From assembly GCA_951804945.1 (NCBI GenBank), contig OX638159.1, positions 29,636,001-29,700,000 on the forward strand: a DNA stretch of 64,000 nt. The letters run 5' to 3'. Below the pieces are notes generated by a model, which saw only the letters and a list, made by a program, of their open reading frames with translations, was not told where the DNA came from and made no database searches. Positions 1 through 12,870 of the stretch are shown one piece after another; positions within the stretch are counted from its first letter, which is position 1; each line of letters begins with the position of its first letter. This stretch comes from Podarcis cretensis (lineage: Eukaryota). A program made the translations under genes and the position numbers.

Positions 1-82
1 ACTCCATACATGGTAGTGCCTAACCTTAAATGATGCTTCTCCAGTCTCGGCTGTATTTACAGTAATTACGTGCATAATGTAG

Positions 83-500
83 NNNNNNNNNNNNNNNNNN
101 NNNNNNNNNNNNNNNNNNNNNNNNNNNNNNNNNNNNNNNNNNNNNNNNNNNNNNNNNNNNNNNNNNNNNNNNNNNNNNNNNNNNNNNNNNNNNNNNNNNN
201 NNNNNNNNNNNNNNNNNNNNNNNNNNNNNNNNNNNNNNNNNNNNNNNNNNNNNNNNNNNNNNNNNNNNNNNNNNNNNNNNNNNNNNNNNNNNNNNNNNNN
301 NNNNNNNNNNNNNNNNNNNNNNNNNNNNNNNNNNNNNNNNNNNNNNNNNNNNNNNNNNNNNNNNNNNNNNNNNNNNNNNNNNNNNNNNNNNNNNNNNNNN
401 NNNNNNNNNNNNNNNNNNNNNNNNNNNNNNNNNNNNNNNNNNNNNNNNNNNNNNNNNNNNNNNNNNNNNNNNNNNNNNNNNNNNNNNNNNNNNNNNNNNN
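83..500. other. Assembly gap (N-run); others at 1367-1497, 3286-3497, 7229-7357, 19760-19891, 35096-35267 and 43460-43665
   Basis: Runs of N, several of which abut repeats. Confidence 0.95.
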
Positions 501-1279
501 GCTGGGATGTCTAGTGCTTCAATTCATGTTAGTTTCTGTAAGATAAGCACGTAGGAAGCTACCATCGTGCAACCTGTATATACACCATGGAGATGTTGTA
601 AGTGACACTAACGTACAGAAACAAAATAGGCAAGATATCTATATTGGCCAAGGCTCTATTGGTAATCAAGGATGAAGACAATGAATTACACAGAACTCTT
701 TAACAAGTGATAACATGCTTGTTACAACGGAAGTTGGGCTAGTAAAATTGCTCAATTTATGTATTTTGTAGCTGTTACTTATGTGGGGCAAACATAAGCT
801 ACTGGCCCCCAAAAGACCTCAAAATCTGCTACAATTTTTCAGGTCTGCAATAAGGTGGAACTCTTGATCTGGAGCCTTCAGAATAGTTATTCACATGAAA
901 GGGGAAAGAGTGCCGTATAAATGTACCCTGCTGCTCTTAACAATTGCCATTTGTCACGTAAAGGTAATATGGAACATTGCAGCTTCTCATACTGTAGAAC
1001 CCAGATCAGGATGCTGGTGGCTTATGTCTGTGTATTATCCCAGAGTGATCTCTTCATGGTAGCTAAAAGCAGTTCACTGGAGAAGGTGAAAATCTTATGG
1101 GGAGAACTACAGCTTATCTTCAGTGGTTAAATATTGTGGTGGTACATGCCCAAGTCCTAATGCCACATTCCTGAAACTATTTGTCTGGGTAAATGTTGGG
1201 ATTCCTTTGCAAATATGTGGCTTCTGTAGTCTTCCAGTAAAATCAGTGTAGTTTATTTACTTTTGAGACAATATGTTTA

Positions 1280-1280
<1 letters not shown>

Positions 1281-1319
<39 letters not shown>

Positions 1320-1366
1320 TGTAGACTGCCCGATACCTGTAGATCTCAGGGCGGTTCACAACATGA
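1281..1366 (-). repeat. (AAT)13 microsatellite with a probable retroposon 3' tail running into a gap
   Basis: (aat)n at 1281-1319 is followed by ctgcccgatacc...ctcagggcggttcacaacat, typical of reversed L2-type tails. Confidence 0.45.
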
Positions 1367-3865
1367 NNNNNNNNNNNNNNNNNNNNNNNNNNNNNNNNNN
1401 NNNNNNNNNNNNNNNNNNNNNNNNNNNNNNNNNNNNNNNNNNNNNNNNNNNNNNNNNNNNNNNNNNNNNNNNNNNNNNNNNNNNNNNNNNNNNNNNNGTA
1501 TCATATGACTTAAGCCACTGCCTTGGGCAGTGGAACTCTGTAGGGTCGTGCCCCCATGGGAACCCCCCTGCCCCACCCCTGCCACCACCAGGGTCATGTA
1601 GCTGCACCTTCCAGCCAAATATTCTGAGAATTATGCAAGATCTCATAAGATCTCACCAGAAGCAACCACGTGACCCCAGTAAGCGAGGCTTCAATGGGAA
1701 CAACTTCCTGTCTTGCCTCAGGTGGCAAAACAGGGTTCGCTCCTATTTCTTTCAAATTTTTAAAACCCACTTAAGATTGCTTCACATCATAAAAACTAAT
1801 CAAAATACAAAAGGGTCACCAATCTTAAGCCCAGCATCATGATACTAAATTCAAATCAAGTGATTGCAGTATAGCTAAACTGCTAGGGAAGGGAAGAATG
1901 GTGCTATATACAGGTAGCAAGAGGATGTGGTTTTCTGGATCCAAGCACCATGCAGATTCACTGACTTCTTACCATGCCCTTTGACAGCTGCTCATTCTTG
2001 CACTCGGTTAAATATGTTCAGTTATATAGGTCACCTCCACTATAGCTTTGCGGTGCTAAATATTTGCAGAAAAGCTGTAGAAATTAGTTTCTTGGAGATA
2101 TGTTTTAAATATTCAGATTACTGAAGTGTGGATTAGTGAAGTTTGGCTGTTACATTGATTTTATTTCTTAATGTTCCCTTATTTCTAGATAGTTTTGAAA
2201 TTTGAGAGGGGGAGAGTTGAATATTACTTGAAGATGTTGGCACCATAAATCTAATACTGCTGTGAGCTTAGTAGATGCATAAAACCAACTCATATTATGT
2301 CTCAGCATGAGTTTATATCTTCTAATTAGTACCACCATTTTATGTAGAGCACATGCTATGAAAGTTTGTTTGTCGTGTCAACAGAGACCAAAGGACATAC
2401 AGTAGTTCTCTGCTAGAATAAGAGGACTATGTGGAAACAAAAGGCTTGTACCCTAAGCAGTAGGTAATCAGAAAAGAATGTAAAAGAATTAAGTGCTGTT
2501 GTGGAGATAAAGTTATACCCATTTTGCAATGAGCATAGGTGGTTATCATGATATTATTTTTCTCATTATTAATTAGACTTCAGTAAAGTACTGTTCTTTA
2601 AAAAGTGAATGAAAACATTAAAAGCTTAAAAGCTTCTATTCTGACAATTGAAAAGTAAAATTTTATGATATTCAAATGCTAATCATATTACTTAGCAGAT
2701 GACTGAAGAAAGTAGTGTATTTTGAATAGAGGCATAAATTATAAATTGTAAACAGTGCATGGGGGATATATTGTAACTGCTTCTCATTTAAATTAAGACA
2801 GGGAGCTTTTTCTGAAACATATTATGTGACTTCATTAAGTTTTAAAATCCACTTTATAATGTTTTATTAAGATCTTTTGGCAACAGGCTACAAACTCCCA
2901 TGCTATAGCAGTTCAAAGTTGTATAAAGAACTTGGCTATAGCTCACGAGCACATTCATAAATTCCAATATTATTTCTACACTTTTCTGTGCTGTTATATA
3001 ATAAATGTACCTCTCTAATGCTGCTCTCCTTGCCCACAAATATGTTTTTGCTTTTTTAAAAACTAAAAAACATCTCAAACATTTACATGATCAATGTTTT
3101 TTGCTTGAGGGATAAAGTTTGCTCTTCCATAGACAAGTGAGAACATATTGATCATTTTATTCTATTTGCTATTTCTAAATTCAATATACCTCTTGAGTCG
3201 ATAAGCGAGATCGAGAGCATATTTTTTTTGTGTGTGCCTGCTTGTAGCTTGTTCTCAAGATTCAAGATACATTTTTGATTAATCANNNNNNNNNNNNNNN
3301 NNNNNNNNNNNNNNNNNNNNNNNNNNNNNNNNNNNNNNNNNNNNNNNNNNNNNNNNNNNNNNNNNNNNNNNNNNNNNNNNNNNNNNNNNNNNNNNNNNNN
3401 NNNNNNNNNNNNNNNNNNNNNNNNNNNNNNNNNNNNNNNNNNNNNNNNNNNNNNNNNNNNNNNNNNNNNNNNNNNNNNNNNNNNNNNNNNNNNNNNNTGA
3501 AAGAAATAGTGTATGTTTTAATTGAAACTTTTAAGACAAACTTTACTCTTCTTAATTTTACTCATTATTAATGCAGATGAATTCACTGCTTCTAGTGCCA
3601 TGTTAGCTCACTAACTTTGCTTCTTCTTACAGTTTCAAAAAAAATAATTTTGCCATATAAATTCCATTTTGTTATTTCTTTCTATGCTAATATTCATTTA
3701 ACATTGTCATCGTGCGAGAAGGAAACAAGGATGTTTTTGTTTTGTTTTTCTAGTTTCAATGCCCGTGGGGCTGAATTCTCAGTACAAACTAGAAGTTCCA
3801 ACTGTGGGATTGGAAGGAATTGTTGAACATTTTCATTTCACATTTGTCTTCAAAATAACAGTTCT

Positions 3866-5446
3866 GACTTCCAGGTCGGCGCCATCGCCGAATGGCGGAC
3901 TCCCTCCGAGCTCCGGAGGGAGTCGGCTGGGTAGGGGTCGGGTCCTGCCGTGCCGGCGATGCGGGGACCCTCAAAAACCATGGACTTGGTGACTTGGCGG
4001 GCACCGTTTGCGCCCCCCGACCCGCGAAGGAGCCTTTTTAAAGGCTGCGGAGCGGGTGACGGGGGGGTGTGGTGCTGTGAGTCCAATGCTTCCCCTGCCC
4101 AGCGAAGCCGCATGCCATTCGGCGGAGAGCAACTACTTCTTCTTTGAAAATTTCGGATTTGGACTAAAAGGAACAACCCGTGAGTAAATTGATTGGACTT
4201 AAAAGGGAAATTTGATCTTTGAATTTGGAGTGAGCGGGGGGAGTGCAAAAAGGAAGTCCGCCCCCCCCCCTGTTGTAGATGGCTCAACGCAAGGATTTGA
4301 CAACTAAGATCGAGAGATGAACTTGTTTACCTTTGACAGCTGTCAAAGTAGCTGTCAAAGCAGGAAAATAAAAGAGAACTTTGTTACGATGGCTTTGCTG
4401 GTTAGATTTGTTACAATTTGGACATAAATTATTGGAAATAAAGGCAACAAGTTATTTGACTTTTGGGTCTGATTTTGAAAGAAATTAAGTTACCATATTC
4501 CCTCTAGAGGGAGGCTGGGACATTGCAACAGTAGCAGCAAGTGGAAAAATACTATGAATTTGAGCAGGATCTGTTATCTCTTGGGAAAGCTGCAAAAACG
4601 AAGCATTATTTTGTCTACAGAGGTTTCTATACTAAAGGAGACAATGGATTTATCTATTGAAGAAAAGAAGGGACTTGACGCAAGTTATGTTCCTGAATAA
4701 CAAAAGCCTCTGTGGAGAACAAGAAGTTTCTGAATTAGAAGGTTTCTGCAGCAGAACAGGAAAAAGCAACCTGAGGAATAAGAGCTGGACCAAATTTGAA
4801 GCCGGAGTATTTGGAACATCCAGACTTTAAAAGGACCAAGAAATAGAATTTAAGTTAGACTCTTAAACATAGAGGTCTGGATGGAAGAACAATGACTTTT
4901 TCTGAGAGTTTTTTCGAGATTGGACTTTCTGAAATTAAAAGCTATCAAAAGACGGCAAAGTGGAGTTGAGATATAGACGTGGATACACCAGGCTGGCAGT
5001 AGACAATGGATGAACTTTGGGGATTGGAACCGGGGAATTGGGGGGGGGGGAGATTTGGAATCCAAAGGCTGTAAAATTATATATTATTTCTTTCTTTTCT
5101 TTTTTCATGTTTGTTGTTTGAAAATAGGGGAATTCGTGGAAGGGAAATGGGGTCGATCTTAGGGAATTATATAAAATATAAGGAGAAATGGTTCATTAAG
5201 ATAAATAAGATAAATTAATTTGGAATAAATGGGTTATTTAAAATTACAAATAAGGTTTTAAAATTTGGGGTAAGAATCTGTGGAATCAATTTAAGGGAAA
5301 TGGAATACAAGAGGGGGAGGGGGGGAAGTCTGGGAAAGATGCCACTGAAACCAAGTGTAAATCATATTTGTTTTTTCTTTCTTTCTTGCTATCTTTCCTT
5401 TTTATTCTGGAAAATTTTTAATAAATATTATTAAAAAAACAAAAAA
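3866..5446 (+). mobile_element. Non-autonomous L1-like retroelement (about 1.58 kb) with CpG-rich 5' end, poly(A) tail and TSD
   Basis: 17-bp direct repeat caaaataacagttctga at 3851-3867 and 5447-5463. GC/CpG-rich head (gacttccaggtcggcgccat...), AATAAA at 5420-5425 and an A-rich tail. No long ORF. Confidence 0.8.
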
Positions 5447-6560
5447 CAAAATAACAGTTCTGAGCCTACAGAAAATGTCATATAATGTAACCTACAAGTA
5501 TGTCTCCCTTTTGACTTCTGAATACCTGTTTAATCACATTTGCCACATCTATAGCAATTTGTCTTCTATTACTAGACAGTACATAAATAAGAAATAGTGG
5601 CGCAGTTGGTCTGTTAACACCTGGAGAACATTTTGTATCAAGCCTGTCTATGATTTGTAATGCTACAGGCAAAAGCCTGTATCATATGGTGGTGCATAAA
5701 TAAGTAAAAGCTCTCTGGGCTACTTGAGGACTTTGTTGTAAAACACCTAAAATCAGGGCCTTTCTTCACCTTGTCATAGATTGTTCTTTGCTTCAAACAC
5801 CACGATCTACTTTTTCTTTCCTCTTAAAAAGTTTATACTGTCATGGGTAAATCAATGGGGCTAATTAGACACAACAATGCTGTTAAAAATGGAGAGGGAG
5901 AAAATAACACATCTGTCATGAACTCCCTCTTGGAAATGAGACATTTTAAATATTTTATGTTGAACACAAAATATCTTGAGGAGATTGTTTCATATTCTGT
6001 ATTCCAACACAAACCTCTGTGTGAGAAGAATAATCCTGCTTGAACAAACCATTTAAACAGTTATTTTTTAAAGGAAAAAAAGCTTCATAATGTGTTCAAT
6101 ATCTCTTTTACTAAAGAATATATAGTACATAAAATGTTTTATCACAGATAATGTATTCAAAATTTACATTTGGAGACTTTTGGCACCCTAGCAACTTGTC
6201 CGTGTTGTGCCACTGCATAGAGGAAAACATGTAATTTGGCATCATAAGATGAGAAAGAGCAGTGGAAAATCTTGCCAACAAAAAGAACATTCTCTTTCCA
6301 ATTATTTCTCTTCAGCCAACATCTAAATCAAATTGAATGCAAATATTTTGCCCATTAGACTAATCTGAATTGTATTTCTAGCAGTTTTTCCTGCAAGATA
6401 TATTTTCTCCTAAGAAAAATATTTAGCACATAATTTATATCATACTTTTCAATGACGTGAAACATTTCCTGTTTTCAGCTTGCATAATTTGTGCATCTGC
6501 ATGGGTTATGCACCTGTGAGTTTGAATTAGAGCATTTAAAGCTATGTATTTAGGTTAACA

Positions 6561-6924
6561 GGGACGCAGGTGGCGCTGTGGGTTAAAGCCTCAGCGCCTA
6601 GGGCTTGCCGATCGAAAGGTCAGCGGTTCGAATCCCTGCGGCGGGGTGCGCTCCCGCTGCTCGGTCCCAGCGCCTGCCAACCTAGCAGTTCGAAAGCACC
6701 TCCGGGTGCAAGTAGATAAATAGGGACCGCTTACCAGCGGGAAGGTAAACGGCGTTTCCGTGTGCGGCTCTGGCTTGCCAGAGCAGCGATGTCACGCTGG
6801 CCACGTGACCCGGAAGTGTCTCCGGACAGCGCTGGCCCCTGGCCTCTTAAGTGAGATGGGTGCACAACCCCAGAGTCTGTCAAGACTGGCCCGTACGGGC
6901 AGGGGTACCTTTACCTTTACCTTT
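6561..6924 (+). mobile_element. Sauria SINE (Squam1 family), full length
   Basis: tRNA-like head with box A TGGCGCTGTGG (6571-6581) and box B GGTTCGAATCC (6625-6635), (ACCTTT)n tail, and TSD tatttaggttaaca at 6547-6560 and 6925-6938. Confidence 0.93.
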
Positions 6925-9900
6925 TATTTAGGTTAACAGAACAGTAGTAGCAAAAACTGAGTGATGGAAAAGAAAGTGTCCTACATGCTAGAATGACACA
7001 AATTCCATAAGTTGTGCATTCATTAATTTCTAAGTCATGTATGTAAAGCATCTGACCATGGACATATTCCTTGCTGTGTTTTTTTAAATCCTTACTAAGA
7101 AGAGAAATGTCCCTACCTGACATTTTTTTAAAGGTTTCTCCATTAAGACCATTCTGTCCCTTCCGTGAAAACATATATTTCATCTTTGACAACTGTTTCA
7201 TGGCGTTACTGGTGTTACTTGGTGTTACNNNNNNNNNNNNNNNNNNNNNNNNNNNNNNNNNNNNNNNNNNNNNNNNNNNNNNNNNNNNNNNNNNNNNNNN
7301 NNNNNNNNNNNNNNNNNNNNNNNNNNNNNNNNNNNNNNNNNNNNNNNNNNNNNNNNNCAACTGCAGCTGACCCTGCTGTGTTTTCAGCTCCAGTACATCT
7401 TATAAAATAAAGTAGTGTTGTCATGCTGGAAACATATTTGAGGAAATAATTCATGACTATAGTTCACCAGACTGAAAGAGAGGCTCTGCATAGTGTAGAA
7501 ATTATCTTTTGGTTTCTGAGTGAATGGTGACAACCAAAACACTTATAAGGCCCAGTTCAAGAAAGAGTGGGCATGAGTTTTGGCAAATATTGCCACTTCT
7601 GCCCTCCGGCTTAGTTTAAATGGTAAAGCAGAATGAGAAAGAAGCACAGTGGTGATCAGAGAACTGAATATTCTGAATAAACTCTTTATCCAGAGAGAGA
7701 ACTCTGAATGATCACAGTCATGCTTCATAACATGCATTCTGTTTGTCTATCAGCAAATGTGCTTACATTTGCCAAATTCTCAGAATCCTGGCTTTACACT
7801 AAAACAAGCAGGCTTCTTGCACTCATTGAGGAGAAAACGGTAAAATATGTTCAAGCTCAAAAACTGGAGATCTGATTGTGATCATGCTCTCAGTCCCTAT
7901 GCCTGTTACTCCCAGACCTTTTTCTCCATCTTTATGCATTTCATTTGTATGGCCTCAACTAAATCATTCCCCTTCCATGGCCATAGTTACAAACTGGGGT
8001 ACACTTCATGCATTAGAACTTCCTGCACAGATAGTACTTCCATGTAGGAAATTGCTTGTCACAGTTTAATGAACAGTCACATGTGACAAATGACACTTGT
8101 CTAATTTGCTGCATGCACATGGTAAGAAACTCTGATTGGTTTCCTCTGAAATAGACTCAACTAAGTTTGCCTTCTGTGGTTCTGTGTATACAAGGTGTAT
8201 GCATTTTCATATTCAGAAATTATATCTAAATAGGATATTCATATGCTGTAGTCCTGATAAAATAAAAGGCCAGCAGTTATATTTTATTGCATTTAAAAAT
8301 ACATCAATATTCTGATTTATAGAAAATTAAGAGAATATCCTGCTTGGTCATTCCAACATGTCATTTTCTATATTGTGAACCTTTTCCTATTATTTTGCTT
8401 TTCCTCTCCTCCTTTTAGCGTTGATAGATTTTGGGAGCAATAACATTAAGTTAGTATCTTTTTAGATACTTTTCCTGGTTCAGTGTCCAATAGTTTAGGA
8501 GGGGGAAGTCTCAGGGAGAAACAAATGTCATATGAACATCAACTGCATCCTTTTCATGTAGCTTCCTATCACTTTACAATCTTATGCTGAATGGAAACTG
8601 AATATGTTTGCAACCAAGCTACTTATGAACAGTGCCATTTCTATGTTCTCAAAGAAAGTGTAGCAGGAAGAAGAAGTATGTTTTATATATACCAAAAGAT
8701 AAATGGTCTTTCTATGTAGCTTGAATAATTAGCTGTCCAATGAAGTTATCGGACAGGCACAAAGATAAACTGTGTTAGCGGATAAGAAAACTTTCAAAAG
8801 CAAAACCTTTTAGACATATGGAATACATAGGCCAACACTTAATTTGTCCTATTATTTTCTTCTGCATAAGTGTCACACAAAATATGTAGACTAGATTGTT
8901 GGATGTCTGTTGAAGATGCAGGTTTGAGAGTGACAAATGAGATTTACACTTCAAATGGTGGGTTGTTCAGTTATATAAATATAGCCTAGTGATTAAAAGT
9001 CTTTGTGCTAATGTGCTAGCTCCTAGCACCATCATTATCAGCAATGTAATAAGCCCAGCTTTAGTTAATTTAGCATCTAAAACAGAAGCATACATTTTAT
9101 TGCCTTATCTGTGCCTTATCTGTAGTAAATTGTATATGAAATGGATCCAGCCAATGTTTTAGATCCTAACCCCACCCCACCCCCATAGACCAACTTTGAC
9201 AGGTGAATGGGGCCACCTTGTATCGTTATGAAGTTATGTGGCTTTGCAGATGTTCACTATAACCTCCAATCACCTGATAGATGGTTACTGCAAGCCCCTT
9301 TGATGATGTAGCATCAGGACCCATCAGCTGACTGGTGCTGAGAGCACACCTTCAAAGGGAGTTTCTATAACTGCTGGTTGGCAGTTACAGTGAGCACCTT
9401 TGAAGTCCATCCGCAGGTGTGGTTAAAATTCAGACCACATCTGCAAACAGTCATTTCTCCTCTGCAAACCAGCGAGTTTATTGGGGCCAAAAGTGTGTCT
9501 TCAATGGGGCTTGCTGACAGTGCCAGTCTGCTGATCAGTACTGACAGCTACCCCCATCAGCTGCATTAGGGATCTCCCAGTAGGAACAATCGGGAACTCA
9601 CTTTAAGTTTCCACTTGTTCCTTTAGATTGTTTTTTACCTGCCCCACATGACACCATGCATGGGGAAAAGTGGTTGTGATTTGAATAAAACATGCTCCTG
9701 GGCTAAACTGGGAACTGTGCTGAGCCTAATTAGGCCTATGGGCAGGAGGTTCCCCAACCCTGCATTAACTGCTCAGAAACCCTATTCTTCTATCTTACAT
9801 AAGCAGCTCCTTCCCCATCTTCCCTGGAGCTACTTAAGAAAGACCTGTGTGCCCTAAGGGAAGGCAGAAGTAAGGGAGCCCAGACCAAGTTGCACACACA

Positions 9901-10287
9901 CCATCAGCTCCTGATAGAACATTCTATGGCCTGAGAGAAATGTTGGAGCAGCTCCTATCTTCCTGGAGTTCTGTGTGCCCTGAGGAAAGATGAAAGCCCA
10001 GTCCAGGAAGCTTGTGCCATCATCTCCCACTTAGCCTGAGAGGATTTTGTCATACCACATTTTATACTTTAAAAGTAAAAACTGCCTCAAGTGCCTGGGC
10101 ACAGAGGTAGTATATAAATCTAATAAATATATATACACTACCAGTTTCCAGGCTGTCTGGGAGTCAAAACCTTTACTAGTCTCCCCCTTCCAGCACTATC
10201 TGAAGGCTGTTGCCATGGCTAAGGAAGGGAACCAAGAAGAGCTTTGCTGCAGACCAGGTGTGAGTCTCATTGTCTCTTCCCCATCTC

Positions 10288-10463
10288 CAGTGCTTTTTTT
10301 CTGGGGGTACACAGGGGTATGAGTACCCCTAAACATTTTGTGAATCTTTGTACTTTGGTCCATTTACTGTATTTATTTTTCCCAATTTGAACTATAAAAT
10401 AGTGGTTTTCTTGAGTCAAAACGAGAGTACCCCTAAATATTTTTATATAGAAAGAAAGCACTC
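10288..10463. mobile_element. hAT-type MITE (176 bp)
   Basis: TIRs CAGTGCTTT... and ...AAAGCACT(c). 8-bp TSD cccatctc (10280-10287) and cccgtctc (10464-10471). Internal repeat gagtacccctaaa occurs twice. Confidence 0.75.
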
Positions 10464-11903
10464 CCCGTCTCCCTCAGCAGCAGCATTGTCCCTGAGTAAC
10501 GGAGGCAAGGAGAAGTATCTTTGTTAGTGGGGGGAGGGGAGGTTCCTCTCCTTTCACCATGGTGGCAAAGGGAAAGGTTGAGCCATCTAGGTGCCACCTT
10601 ACCACAGTGCCACCTGTTTTTGACCCAATCTGTAACCTTCAACGACAGACATTAATGGAGCCAGTTAATTCTGTGACAGTTCCTTTTTTGTGTGTGTGTG
10701 GCAGAAAATGAACCAAAGCTCTCAAGGACACCATTTGAGTGGAGGCAAAATCTACAGCCATTGACTGAGGGCAAAAGAGAGGTCATTCACTTTCATTAGA
10801 GGAAATATCTCACTATTCTTGATAACACATTTGGAAGTAAGGCAAAATCCCTACAGTACTTACAGTAGGTCACTTGATTCAGGGATTTCCTCATCCCAGC
10901 TGCATACCCCAGTAGCAATTTATTGTCATAAATTTCAGTGGTTCCCATTGATATCTGTGGGGCAAAGTAAAGGGCCTGCAATATGCAACACAACTGAAGG
11001 GTCTCTAGTGTCACAGGCAAGTTGGGGAGACACTTTTATTTCATTTTCCCTAATGAGAAAAGGACACTCAAGGACACTGGTGATGGTGTCACCAAACACT
11101 GACAACTTCACCTTTGCTGTTATAGGGTTGTAAGGGGGACTAGCCCAGTCAGGAGCAGAGACCATTGACCTCCACATTTCATCATGGTCTCATTGAGTCA
11201 TTAAGTCAGTGATTACCAGTATATTCCAGATTTCATAATTGCCTCGGAGTGGGCAACTCTATGTATTTCAATGGGTGGAGAATTCAATAGACTGTCCCCT
11301 AACAAATTTATAATATGATTTTTTTAAAAAAGCATTTCTGCTGAAGCTAATAAAGTACACAGTCCAGTTCATATGATTATTCTCAATATGCTGCTCTTAT
11401 TATTGGAGACTTGCAGTCAAAGATGTGATGGTTTATAACAGATAAGCTCTGTAGGCAGTGATATTACTGTGGCAATATGCAAGAAAGTACAAAGGTAATG
11501 TTCATGCTGCCATGGAGCTTTGAGATAGAATTAGATGATCCATAACTAAAAGGTCCATAAACCAAGCCTATTCCTCCAGCCCCTAGCGTCACATTAGAAA
11601 CTGGAAATGAAAGACCTTGTAGGACTGACAACAAACTGCTTTTCTAGAAATCTAACCGTACAGATTCATTTGCCTGTAAGATTTCCATTTTTACGGCAGA
11701 GTAGGGAAATTCCAGTTCTGTTCATACAGCCAATTATTGATACCAGGTTTTCTAGTCAAGCACTCCCTATTGTTTCCTGTTCTCTCTTTCTCCCCCCACC
11801 CCAGTCTTCTAAATTCAGCCTAATAATCTCCTCATGACCTGATAAGAGACTCAAATTTAAAACAGGAAACAAAATAGAATGAGTAGTGAACTGACTTAGA
11901 AGT

Positions 11904-12087
11904 GGGGCCATAGATCCATGGTAGAGTACATGTTTTGCATGCTGAAGCTTCCAGGTTCAGATCCCAGCATCTCCAGGTAGCATTGTGAAAGTCCTTTCTC
12001 TGAAAACCCTGGATAAATAACCACTGCCAGTCACTATATAGGCTCAATGCTCTGACTCTGTATAAGGCAGTTTCTTGTGTTCCTATG
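11904..12087 (+). mobile_element. Old tRNA-derived SINE with CR1-type tail (Squam2-like)
   Basis: Degenerate tRNA head ggggccatag...ggtagag...caggttcagatccc and 3' end ctgactctgtataaggcagtttcttgtgttcctatg. Confidence 0.65.
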
Positions 12088-12574
12088 ACCTTCATTGGGA
12101 TCAGTGGCAAAGTACACTATGGGAAATCTATTCAGAACAAATGATAAACAAGGGAAGTATGCTCTTCCAGTACTATCCCTAGTGTAAGCCAAGCATCAGC
12201 AAGAAATAGTGCAGTGGAAGCAGGGGCCCATCAGCTGACATGAATGGAGAAATAATGCTAGAGGCTGATTCATATTTCTGAAACTTACCTCTAATTTAGT
12301 AATCTCTTCCTTCTTCTATATGAACCACTCACAATACATGATGGAAGCACATGGAAGATTGGCTTCTCAACATACTGAAAATAAATAACGTAATGCAAAA
12401 TTTGTTAGGTACTGTATATATCTATCCAGAATTCACTGCTAGGGCAGTTACAGGTTTTGAGAGGTTAGCTATATTTGTATCTAATAAATCTAAAGGTGTC
12501 TAGTGTCTGGAACTATCTTAGAAAAGTCTCCTGGGAGCAAAATAGTCTGGGAATGGGGCATGGGTTGTAGTATC

Positions 12575-12870
12575 TGCACTAGATTTAGGGTGGTATGGGT
12601 GCTTCCCCTGCTCAGGGCGCCAAGCTGAGGGGGTGCAAAATAATAATAATGATGATGATGATGATGATGATGATGCCTATAGTTATACAGGTATCTGCTG
12701 AGAAGTTCCATAAATAAGCAACTGTGCCAAAAGGAATTACTATGAAAATAATAAGTATTTGGGGAGGGGGTATAAACAGAACGGAAGGGGGCACATATAT
12801 ATTTGTCCTTTTCAGGGGAAGCCAGATTTTGTCCTCACTCAGGGTGCCATGTTACCTAATTCCGCCCCTG
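12575..12870. mobile_element. Degenerate non-autonomous DNA transposon (hAT-like MITE remnant)
   Basis: The right end cctaattccgcccctg resembles CAGGGGCGGA-type TIRs. The left end is degraded (agatttaggg). Internal cagggcgcc/cagggtgcc repeats and a microsatellite are present. Confidence 0.35.

Noticed and set aside
70-546. ORFs spanning N-runs (also near 1273, 3275, 7071, 35050 and 43292)
   Set aside because: Artefacts of translating through assembly gaps.
6561-6640. tRNA gene-like A and B boxes (also near 11904 and 22060)
   Set aside because: These are SINE heads continuing into SINE bodies, not cloverleaf tRNAs.
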